Of a DNA stretch of 60,672 nucleotides, positions 9,861 to 18,169 are shown piece by piece. The position numbers and the translations under genes were made by a program. The stretch lies in the IMG/VR virus record IMGVR_UViG_3300025146_000015, positions 1-60,672 of that record; one strand, given 5' to 3'. Numbering within the stretch: the first letter of the stretch is position 1; every line of letters starts with the position of its first letter. The DNA comes from a virus. Taxonomy: Duplodnaviria > Caudoviricetes. A model generated the notes under the pieces. That model was not told the origin of the DNA and did no database searches. It saw nothing but the letters and a program-made list of their open reading frames with translations.

Positions 9861-10904
9861 GTGAGTATCGCGTTCCTGGGTGCGCTGCCTGTCAGCGCCG
9901 TCAACATCGGCCTGCAGGCCTCAATTGCTTGTCTGCAAGCGGAGATTACCAAGCTCGAGCTCGACATCACCGGTCTGACCCCCGCAATCGCCGCAAGCAT
10001 TGAAGTCGGCCTCGACTTCCCGCCGGTGGCTCTCTCCTACGCAGCAGAACTCGCGGCACGGCTGAATCTAGCCGAGATCACCGCGGGGCTCGACCCAACG
10101 ACGTGGGTGTCGGGGGCGATCGACGGCAATGTCGAACTGGCTCTTACGCTCGGACTCATCGACTTGAAGCTACAGGTCGTCTTGGCCATCACGGCCCCCC
10201 TTGAGCTCGGACTCGCGGTACCTGGCATCTCCGGTTGGAGCTACAGCGGGACGGCACACGGGTTTGGTGCCCTGCTCAGCACGGCAACAGCAAGCGGGTT
10301 CGGAAACACGCCGGCGCCCGCCCAGGTCCGCGCAACGATCATCGCGACCGAAAGCCCGGGGACCTGGCTCGGGTTCTCGCAGGGATTCAACACGGGAAGC
10401 TCGGCGGACGGTCTGCACTACCTCGGGCAACTCGGGGCCGCCGAATGGAGCACTGGCCTCGGGACTATCATGCTGCGGCTGCGGGCACTCCTGCTCGAAC
10501 TCGAGGGAATGAAGGCCAGCCTAGAAGCACAGCTTCAGATCTCACTGGGCCTGAACCTTCCCAACCCGCAAATCCTGCTGGACGTAGGCCTCGGTCTAGA
10601 CCTCGGCGTCATGCTCGAAAACATGGTCAACGTCCGGGCGGATATCACGGTCGCGATTGGCAACATTCAGCTTCGCATTGACGCCCTGCTCGACCTGATC
10701 ATCGCGCTTAACGCGCAGCTTTCAGGCGGAGGGCTTGCCTGCTGGACCTACGAGGGGCCGGCTTCGCTGCTCGGTGAGGAACTGCTGGGCCAGATCAAGA
10801 TGGGTGTTCCGGGCGGCAACGGGCCAACAGCTCAGATCTCTGGACTCGTGCTCGCGAGCACTCCGGCAAACATGAACACCTTCAGCAACATCTTTGCAGC
10901 ATGA
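9861..10904 (+). CDS. hypothetical Leu-rich protein with internal duplication
   Basis: 347 aa ORF coupled to both neighbours; two halves ending in GxxxW(S/T)YxG. Confidence 0.6.
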   Translation: MSIAFLGALPVSAVNIGLQASIACLQAEITKLELDITGLTPAIAASIEVGLDFPPVALSYAAELAARLNLAEITAGLDPTTWVSGAIDGNVELALTLGLIDLKLQVVLAITAPLELGLAVPGISGWSYSGTAHGFGALLSTATASGFGNTPAPAQVRATIIATESPGTWLGFSQGFNTGSSADGLHYLGQLGAAEWSTGLGTIMLRLRALLLELEGMKASLEAQLQISLGLNLPNPQILLDVGLGLDLGVMLENMVNVRADITVAIGNIQLRIDALLDLIIALNAQLSGGGLACWTYEGPASLLGEELLGQIKMGVPGGNGPTAQISGLVLASTPANMNTFSNIFAA

Positions 10905-11326
10905 CCGACGTCGTACTCGAGAACACGTCGGACGGCGGCGAGATCACCATCACGAACGGGCTGTTCACGATGGGCGACGGGCTTGGTGCAGCCGTCTACC
11001 TGTCGCTGTTTGGCGGTAACGTCGAGGACGGCGGAGCCGACGGAGACAAACCAGTCCAGTGGTGGGGCAACTGGTCCGAGACTGAAGCATCGCATCAGTA
11101 CCGGAGCGAAACTCAGCACCTGCTGAAGTCGCTCCCGCTCATCCCGGCATCGCTTCGCAGGATCGAGGACGCGGTGACGCGGGACACGGCGTGGATGGTG
11201 CCGACCCCGGCAAGCGCGATCGCCGTCGTGGTGACGATGCCAGCGCTGAACACCGTGAAGATTCAGATCGACGTGACGGTGAATGGCAAGGTGTTCCAGT
11301 TCATCTACGTCGAGACAGGAGTTTAG
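10901..11326 (+). CDS. baseplate wedge protein (Mu gp46-like)
   Basis: AVYLSLFGGN...WWGN motif. Confidence 0.8.
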   Translation: MTDVVLENTSDGGEITITNGLFTMGDGLGAAVYLSLFGGNVEDGGADGDKPVQWWGNWSETEASHQYRSETQHLLKSLPLIPASLRRIEDAVTRDTAWMVPTPASAIAVVVTMPALNTVKIQIDVTVNGKVFQFIYVETGV

Positions 11327-11328
11327 AC

Positions 11329-11622
11329 GTGGCGTACGCAGACGAGCAGTCCGTCCCATTCAAGGACCAGAACGTCATCGATTCGGCATCCCGCACGTGG
11401 GCAGCACTAACCCCGCACAACTCTACGAATTTCGCGTTCGTGCCGAGGGCCGTGCACTGCAATGCTTGCACTGACGCGGCGGGCGGCACGTTCGTAGCGG
11501 TAGGTGAGGACGATACGGTGGGGACGTTCTTTGCTCGCCCCGGGGATATCATCCCGATCCGTCCGAAGAGAATCAACACGACCGGGCTAGCTGCCGGAAT
11601 GGCGTTTACTGGGCTGAAGTAA
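11329..11622 (+). CDS. head-spike base protein (RcGTA rcc01079-like)
   Basis: AALTPHNSTNFAFVPRAVH...GDIIPIRPKRINTTG resembles the family pattern as I recall it; GTG start at 11329. Confidence 0.6.
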   Translation: MAYADEQSVPFKDQNVIDSASRTWAALTPHNSTNFAFVPRAVHCNACTDAAGGTFVAVGEDDTVGTFFARPGDIIPIRPKRINTTGLAAGMAFTGLK

Positions 11623-11624
11623 AA

Positions 11625-12815
11625 ATGGCGTTCCCCGTCCAGACAACCCAGCAGGTGAGCGACACGATCGTCGCGCAACTCGCGGCAAGTCTGTCGCAGA
11701 CGATCCCGTTGCTACCGAAGTCGTTCACGCGCGTCCTCGCGAAGTCGATGGCGGGTGTTTACGTCATGCTGTGGAGGTACGCGGGGTTCATTTTCCTGCA
11801 GATGTTCGTTCGGTACGCGACAGACGAACCAACTAAGATCGGCACGCTCATCATCAGACCACTTACCGAATGGGGACGGATCTCCGGGGTCGGAGAGCGT
11901 GGCCAGGGTGAGAGAGCGGAGTTGACGGTCGCTGTCACGGTGATGAACCAGACAGGGACGATGGCGGCTGGAAAGCAGCTGCTACGTGCCGCAACCGGAG
12001 TGATCTACCTCACACTGGAGGATGTCCTCCTGGATGCTCCGATCGTCAACGTCACGGTCCGGGCGGTTTCCGACCAGGATGGGAACTCGGGAGTCGGTGC
12101 GCTAGGGAACCTAGAGGCTGGCGATGTCGTAACGTTCCTGTCGCCAGTGCCGAACGTGGCGCGCGATGCGTCCGTCGTATCGCTAGACGTCACGGGGGCC
12201 GATGAGGAGACGGTCGACTCCTACAGACTTCGAATCATCCGCCGCTTTCAGACTCCGCCCCAGGGCGGAGCGTATGCTGACTACCAGCAATGGGGCGAGG
12301 GAGTCGCGGGGATCCTGCACGTGTACCCGTACACGGGCGATCCGGGCGAGATGGACATCTACGTCGAGGCTACAGTCGCAAGCTGCGGGGACCCGGACGG
12401 GATCCCTCTTCCGGCGCAGCTCGTCGCTGTCGAGGCAGCAATCACCTACGACGACGCGGGACTGGCCTCGAGGCGCCCCGCAGGAGTCGAGCTGATCAAC
12501 ACCTACGCGATCACCCGGACCGCGTACGACGTCGAGGTGACGGGGCTCGATCCCGACACGCCAGCGCTGCGCACCGGCATTCAGTCGGCGCTTGAAGAGT
12601 ACTTCCTGGACCGCGAACCGTTCATCCTCGGGCTCTCGCCATTGCCACGCAAAGAGCGCGTCACCGCAGGAGACATCTACGCGACCACGGCCGGCGTAGT
12701 GGCCGCACATGGGTCGTCGATAGGCGACGTCACGAGCCCGACGCTCGGCGGATTGGTCGTGGACATTCTTGGGCACGGGGAAAAGGCGAAGCTGGGAACT
12801 CTCACGTTCTCCTGA
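11625..12815 (+). CDS. baseplate J-like protein (Mu gp47-like)
   Basis: GADEETVDSYRLRI and PQGGAYADYQQW motifs. Confidence 0.9.
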   Translation: MAFPVQTTQQVSDTIVAQLAASLSQTIPLLPKSFTRVLAKSMAGVYVMLWRYAGFIFLQMFVRYATDEPTKIGTLIIRPLTEWGRISGVGERGQGERAELTVAVTVMNQTGTMAAGKQLLRAATGVIYLTLEDVLLDAPIVNVTVRAVSDQDGNSGVGALGNLEAGDVVTFLSPVPNVARDASVVSLDVTGADEETVDSYRLRIIRRFQTPPQGGAYADYQQWGEGVAGILHVYPYTGDPGEMDIYVEATVASCGDPDGIPLPAQLVAVEAAITYDDAGLASRRPAGVELINTYAITRTAYDVEVTGLDPDTPALRTGIQSALEEYFLDREPFILGLSPLPRKERVTAGDIYATTAGVVAAHGSSIGDVTSPTLGGLVVDILGHGEKAKLGTLTFS

Positions 12816-12821
12816 GGCATC

Positions 12822-13988
12822 ATGGCAATAGAGCTCTCCACTGAGTACCCGACGCAGGTGGACACGGACGCCGCGTACCCCTACGGGAAGCCGCGTAACC
12901 GCTCAACGCCGACCACCCAGGACGGAACTCCGTTCGAGGAGAAATGGGTGCAGGACCTGCACGGGTTCTTGCAGGCTATCCTGGTGACGGCAGGTACCAC
13001 ACCGAGTGGTACGCCGGACAGTGCGACAGTCAGCCAGCTGCTCGACTCAATGCGTGTAATTGCCCGCACGATTCTGTCGGGTCAGATCCTGAACATCAAT
13101 AGCGGCGGCTACCACTTCGTCTATGGAACGCTGGAGGTCAAAGGGGGTGGGGTGGCGAGGCTGCAAGCGACGTCCGAAATGGAAGTCGAGTCCGGCTCCG
13201 AGGTGAACGTGGAGTCCGGTGGAGAAATCAACGTCGAGTCCGGTGGCAACATCAATGTCAACTCCGGGGGCGACATCGAGATCGAGGACGGCGGAGAGAT
13301 CAACGTCCAGAACGGTGGAGAAATCAACCTCGCTGCTGGAGCCATCGTTGATGCAGTGAGCGGGGCGAATATCCACATTCGTACCGGTGCTCAGATCCAT
13401 GCCTACGCCGGATCGGAGGTCCAGATTGACGGGGTGCTTCAGGCCATCAGCGGGGCGGAGGTCAGGGTAGCGGACGGCGCGACCCTAACGATCGATGGTG
13501 GAGGCAACTGGCCCATCCTCTCCTCGCGTGGAGAATGGCTGCCGTGCAGGGGACACTTCTCATTCTCGACGCCAGCGCAATGGACCGATGCAGACGGAGC
13601 TGGTTTTTCATGCGCGCTCAACACTGCGTGTAAAATGTACTGTCGCGTGGGAGTGCCCGATCACTTCACGATCACCGAGGTGAATGTCAGGTGGAACGGG
13701 CCAACACATCCCACCTGGCCACCACAGAACCTCACAACATTTTCAGCCTACTGGGTGGATTCGACAGCTGGAGGCAAGACGCTACTCGTTGAGACTCCTG
13801 ACACCAGTGCGCAGGTGACGTACGAGGCTTTCCATGTGTTGAAACTCGAGGGGTTCTCGCAAGTTGGCTCGCCAGCGGGTTACCTACTCATCGAGATGCT
13901 GACCGAGAGCGGGACGAATGCGGTGCTCGGATCCATGTGGGTGTCGTGCGAGATGCTCGCGACCATGACTGAGCTTCGCAACGGGTAG
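12822..13988 (+). CDS. tail fibre protein
   Basis: N-terminal anchor (YPYGKPRN...DGTPFEEKWVQDLHGFLQA...SQLLD); central 8-residue GGEINVES repeats. Confidence 0.75.
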   Translation: MAIELSTEYPTQVDTDAAYPYGKPRNRSTPTTQDGTPFEEKWVQDLHGFLQAILVTAGTTPSGTPDSATVSQLLDSMRVIARTILSGQILNINSGGYHFVYGTLEVKGGGVARLQATSEMEVESGSEVNVESGGEINVESGGNINVNSGGDIEIEDGGEINVQNGGEINLAAGAIVDAVSGANIHIRTGAQIHAYAGSEVQIDGVLQAISGAEVRVADGATLTIDGGGNWPILSSRGEWLPCRGHFSFSTPAQWTDADGAGFSCALNTACKMYCRVGVPDHFTITEVNVRWNGPTHPTWPPQNLTTFSAYWVDSTAGGKTLLVETPDTSAQVTYEAFHVLKLEGFSQVGSPAGYLLIEMLTESGTNAVLGSMWVSCEMLATMTELRNG

Positions 13989-13994
13989 CTGCAG

Positions 13995-15896
13995 ATGGCG
14001 TGTCTAGTCGGCGAAGTCACACTCGATAGGAGCTCGGATCAATACCGAGGCTCGGGACTCGCGTGGACGATCTTCCACCAAATCAGCTACTTCTGGAACG
14101 GCGATCGCGTCGCGCTCCGCGAGAAGTCTCCGGAGTTAGCCGCTCAGGCGAAGGGGCTGGCGACCGTACTCTGCGCGATGTTCGACGATGCCGAGGCAGC
14201 GTGGCAGCTCCCGATCGGAACGATCATCATTCTGGGCGTGGCAGATGACCCGGCTACGCTCTACGGCTACGGCACATGGGAAAAGGTAGCGACAGGTCGG
14301 GTGCTGGTCGGTCAGGACATCACCGACCCAGACTGGGATGTGCTCGGAGAGACGGGCGGGTCGAAGACGCACACGCACTACGTGGAGGCCCACGATCATG
14401 GGATGGCCCACACCCACGGCATCACCGCGCACGCTCACCCGATCGGCACGCACGTGCACTCGGTGGGTGGCCACATACATTGGTTTGGGCACAGCCATGC
14501 GTGTCCAGAACATCAGCACTATGGTCCAAGTCACGATCACACGTTGAGTGCGCACACGCACCTTGGCGCAAGCCACGCTCACACCCTCAGCGCGCACACG
14601 CACCTTGGCGCAAGCCACGCTCACACCCTCAGCGCGCACACGCATACGGGCGGCTCGCACACGCATTCGCTAGGCGCGCATACGCATGATGGCAGTTCGC
14701 ACACGCACGGCCTGAACGACCATACGCACAACGGACCGAGCCACGCGCACACGATAACGCACACGCACGCGGGTCCGAGTCATGACCACACGATAACGCA
14801 CACGCATGCGGGTCCGAGTCATGACCACACGCTAGGCAGTCACACGCACACGGGACCGTTGCATGCGCACAGCATGTCCCACAACCATGGAGAATCAGAC
14901 CACACACACGCGGGGCCGAGCCACGATCATTTGATGCCCCACACGCACCTGGGAGCGAGTCACGCGCACACGTTGAGTGCGCACACGCACACTGGTGGAC
15001 TGCACTCGCATACGCTGACTACGGCAGCCGTTGCCAGCGGGTCAGGGGCGGTGGGCTTGGGTTCGTCCACCACGGGGGCTGGCGGCGCGGTAGATTCTGG
15101 CGCGCCGAGCAACGACACGACGGGTAACGGTGGATACCTGGCGACAGGCTCTCCGAGCATTGCCCAAACAAGCCTCGGTGGGGCGAGCGCTACGAGCGGG
15201 CAGCTCGAAGGAGCTACCTACACGAGCCAGCCGCTACCCACCAACGTAACAACTGGTGACTCCGGTAGCGGTAACACAGGGAGCGCATCCGGAAACACTG
15301 GCTCAGGCGGCACGGGGAACACCGGCGCGTCCAGCGCGGCAAGTACCGGTCTAGGCGGTACCGGCAGCACCGGAGCGTCCAGCGCAGCAGACACCGGGAA
15401 TGCCGGAAATGGAGCGACAAGCGGACCCAGCGTGGCGAGCACTACCGCCGGAGGGACTGGAGCGACCGGTGCACCGAGCTTTGATCTGACGGGCGGCGGC
15501 GGAACAGTTCCGTCTAGCACGCCGGACTCTGACACGACAGGCAACGGCGGTGTGCTGGCGTCACAGGGACCCAGTACGGACACGACTGGCAACGGTGGCT
15601 ACCTGGCGACCGCAGCCCCAGACGTGGACCACACCGGGCTTGGTGGAGCCGATCCAACGAGCGAGCCCACAGTGAGCCCGCTCTATACGAGCGTGCCCAT
15701 AGACACACAATACACTGGCGCGAACGATGCGTTCAACACGAGCGCGGCGGCGTCTGGAAGCACCGGCAATAGCACCGAGATCGCGAGCGGCGCGTCGTCG
15801 GAGGCATCAACCGCCGAGGGCGGCGGAGAGAACACCGACGAGGCATCGAACGTGATGCCGTTCTACACGGTCGTGTTCTGGAAGCGGGTGGCATGA
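13995..15896 (+). CDS. gp10-C-type baseplate/fibre protein with a very long HxH needle
   Basis: PIGTII...GYGTWEKVATGRVLVG...TGGSKT and C-terminal NVMPFYTVVFWKRVA enclose 32 HxH motifs and a G/S/T-rich segment. Confidence 0.8.
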   Translation: MACLVGEVTLDRSSDQYRGSGLAWTIFHQISYFWNGDRVALREKSPELAAQAKGLATVLCAMFDDAEAAWQLPIGTIIILGVADDPATLYGYGTWEKVATGRVLVGQDITDPDWDVLGETGGSKTHTHYVEAHDHGMAHTHGITAHAHPIGTHVHSVGGHIHWFGHSHACPEHQHYGPSHDHTLSAHTHLGASHAHTLSAHTHLGASHAHTLSAHTHTGGSHTHSLGAHTHDGSSHTHGLNDHTHNGPSHAHTITHTHAGPSHDHTITHTHAGPSHDHTLGSHTHTGPLHAHSMSHNHGESDHTHAGPSHDHLMPHTHLGASHAHTLSAHTHTGGLHSHTLTTAAVASGSGAVGLGSSTTGAGGAVDSGAPSNDTTGNGGYLATGSPSIAQTSLGGASATSGQLEGATYTSQPLPTNVTTGDSGSGNTGSASGNTGSGGTGNTGASSAASTGLGGTGSTGASSAADTGNAGNGATSGPSVASTTAGGTGATGAPSFDLTGGGGTVPSSTPDSDTTGNGGVLASQGPSTDTTGNGGYLATAAPDVDHTGLGGADPTSEPTVSPLYTSVPIDTQYTGANDAFNTSAAASGSTGNSTEIASGASSEASTAEGGGENTDEASNVMPFYTVVFWKRVA

Positions 15897-16522
15897 TGAG
15901 AAACGAGAAAGCGGATATCTACTTCGCGGTTTCGAGTGGTAAAGGTGGCCCAGTCTGGCCATTCGTGTTTGGGTGCCTCGATGCGACGCACCGGTTCGGC
16001 GGGCGAGGTGGGGCTCCCGGGCTGATGCCGTTCGTTCAGACCGGTCTGTACGTTCCAGAGAACCGCGACATCCTGACGGCACGCTTCGTGGCTTCTGGCT
16101 GTCGCCACATGTTGATGGTTGACACAGACATAGGATTCTCAGCAGACGCGATACAGGATCTGTTGGACAGCGAGCGGGACGTCGTGAGCGGTACCTATCA
16201 CTACCAGGACGGTTCTGGTGTCGTGGTAGGGACGAGTACGGGAGAAATGGACGGGGCGTTTGAGAAATGCACCGTAGTACCTGCGGGATTCCTGCTCGTG
16301 ACGAGGGCGGCTGTCCTAAAGCTCATGGCAGCCATGCCGGAGGACGTCTACGTGGTTCCTGGCGTCGGACTTGTCCCGGCGTTGTGGACCGCTAGGTACC
16401 AGCCTGGTGTGCCGTGCGGCCGAGACGATACCGCATTCTCAAAGCACTGCGTGGATGTGGGGATACCGCTCTGGCGTCACACGGGCTTGGTGCTGTCCCA
16501 CCACGGGAGCGCGGTCTACTAG
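15893..16522 (+). CDS. GT-A-fold glycosyltransferase-like protein
   Basis: NRDILTARF...HMLMVDTDIGF (DxD)...AGFLLVTR...DDTAFS...LSHHG. Confidence 0.65.
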   Translation: MMRNEKADIYFAVSSGKGGPVWPFVFGCLDATHRFGGRGGAPGLMPFVQTGLYVPENRDILTARFVASGCRHMLMVDTDIGFSADAIQDLLDSERDVVSGTYHYQDGSGVVVGTSTGEMDGAFEKCTVVPAGFLLVTRAAVLKLMAAMPEDVYVVPGVGLVPALWTARYQPGVPCGRDDTAFSKHCVDVGIPLWRHTGLVLSHHGSAVY

Positions 16523-16863
16523 AGCGTTCTGCCTTCGCAGGTGATCTCGACTCGGCACCCGTCGATGTACGCCATCGACCGGTAGAATCCGGGCTCGCAG
16601 GCGGCGGCGAGGGTGAATTCAGAGTCCCCTCTCCAGCATCGGATCCAGCCCATGTATTGCTCCGGATCCACCGGAACGCACTGCCAGCCGTCGGAGACTT
16701 CGGCGACCTCGCCTCGCCCGATGAGACGGGCCTCCCCGTCGCATTCCACGATGGCCGACCAGACGTTGGGACCGATGGTCTGCAGCCCTTCGGTTTCGAT
16801 CCTCTGACACGATCCGACGCTCACGGCAACCACCGAGCCAATGACGAGAACGAGAGCCCTCAT
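16519..16863 (-). CDS. Cys-rich putative lipoprotein (moron)
   Basis: Antisense to the tail operon; MRALVLVIGSVVAVSVGSC signal/lipobox-like N-terminus; TTGACC-N16-CATCAT just upstream. Confidence 0.55.
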   Translation of the reverse strand: MRALVLVIGSVVAVSVGSCQRIETEGLQTIGPNVWSAIVECDGEARLIGRGEVAEVSDGWQCVPVDPEQYMGWIRCWRGDSEFTLAAACEPGFYRSMAYIDGCRVEITCEGRTL

Positions 16864-16947
16864 GTCCCACATGATGACCGCTGCGGACGCTTGGTCAAGT
16901 AGCTGACGGGATCAACCGGGATCAACCACCTAAGCCCGCACCGTAAC

Positions 16948-17841
16948 ATGCCGTTCTTCCGTCAGATTCAGCATCTGCTCCCCCGCTCGACCGCCTGGTC
17001 GATCATCATCGACAAGGTGTTGAGGCGGTTCTTCGTCGGGCTGGCCGAGGGCGCTCCGACCAGCGCAAGGGCCGCGATAGATTCGGTCTGGACCCAACTC
17101 GATCCGACGACAACGACGGAGCTCGACGAGTGGGAGCACCAGCATGGGATCTGGTTCCCTGCTGCGACCACGGGAGACCGGCAGGACGCCATCGCTGCCG
17201 CGTGGCAGGCGCTCGGAGGGCAGTCCCCGAGGTACCTCCAGGACACGCTGCAGGCGGCAGGGTTCGACGTCTACTATCACGGGTGGCGCGACCCCGGGAC
17301 GGGCACCGTACTGGACCCGCACGACTACACGACCGAGCCACAGGTCGGTCTCTGGCAGTGCGGAAATGAGGAGGCTCTTTGCGGAGAGGCGTTGGAGCAA
17401 AACACTCCTCTGCTCGATGGGTTCCTCGCGAACGAAGTCTACTACCTCGTCAACGAGACGATGGACTTCATGCCACCCCCTATGATCCCGACGGATCCGG
17501 ACAAGTGGCGGTACTTCATTTACTTCCTCTTCGGCGACTCAGGCGGACTGGACCCGGCGCGGGAGCTGGAGCTCAAGCAACTACTCTTGAAGCTTTGTCC
17601 GGCGCACCTATGGATCGTCTACAACGACCCATGGCGCGTAACGATCGAGTCACCGCTGCTCGGAGCCGAGTTCGTTGTGGGTATAGCGACTGAGGTTTAC
17701 GGAACATCGAGCCTCGTTGGCGAGACGCTTGAGGCGTCGTTCGATGAGAACTTCGCGACGATCGTCGGAACCAGCGGGGTCATCCCTGCAGGCGGATCTT
17801 GGACAATAGACGTGACGGCTGCCCCGGGAGATGTTGACTGA
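16948..17841 (+). CDS. baseplate protein (Mu gp48/YmfQ-like) with C-terminal Ig-like repeat
   Basis: HLLPRSTAW, LDEWEHQHG, GGQSPRYLQ and LKLCPAH motifs. Confidence 0.8.
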   Translation: MPFFRQIQHLLPRSTAWSIIIDKVLRRFFVGLAEGAPTSARAAIDSVWTQLDPTTTTELDEWEHQHGIWFPAATTGDRQDAIAAAWQALGGQSPRYLQDTLQAAGFDVYYHGWRDPGTGTVLDPHDYTTEPQVGLWQCGNEEALCGEALEQNTPLLDGFLANEVYYLVNETMDFMPPPMIPTDPDKWRYFIYFLFGDSGGLDPARELELKQLLLKLCPAHLWIVYNDPWRVTIESPLLGAEFVVGIATEVYGTSSLVGETLEASFDENFATIVGTSGVIPAGGSWTIDVTAAPGDVD

Positions 17842-17899
17842 TCCAAGGGCAGACAAAACTCGAGTTTGGCACATGATTATAGAGCAAGGAAAGCTAGCC

Positions 17900-18169
17900 A
17901 TGGGACTAGGCATCGGCGTGGGATTGGGCGTCTGGAACACTCCTAGGAGAGTGGTGTCTGCGCTAGTGATCTCAGTGCCGCTTTCTGGGCACGAGTTTGT
18001 TGTTGGCGTACCCGATGAAGTGTCAGGGACGTCTACGGGACTTGTTGGCGCCACGCTACAGGCAGCGTTCACGCCGACGTTCGATGATATCGTCGGCACC
18101 AGCGGGGTCATCCCTGCAGGTGGAGCGTGGTCCATGGACGTCACGGCTGAGATAGGAGATGTGGGTTGA
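17900..18169 (+). CDS. putative head-fibre N-terminal part (MGLGIGVGLG anchor plus partial Ig-like repeat)
   Basis: AAGGA RBS before ATG 17900; Gly-hydrophobic alternating N-terminus; repeat shared with both flanking genes. Confidence 0.6.
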   Translation: MGLGIGVGLGVWNTPRRVVSALVISVPLSGHEFVVGVPDEVSGTSTGLVGATLQAAFTPTFDDIVGTSGVIPAGGAWSMDVTAEIGDVG

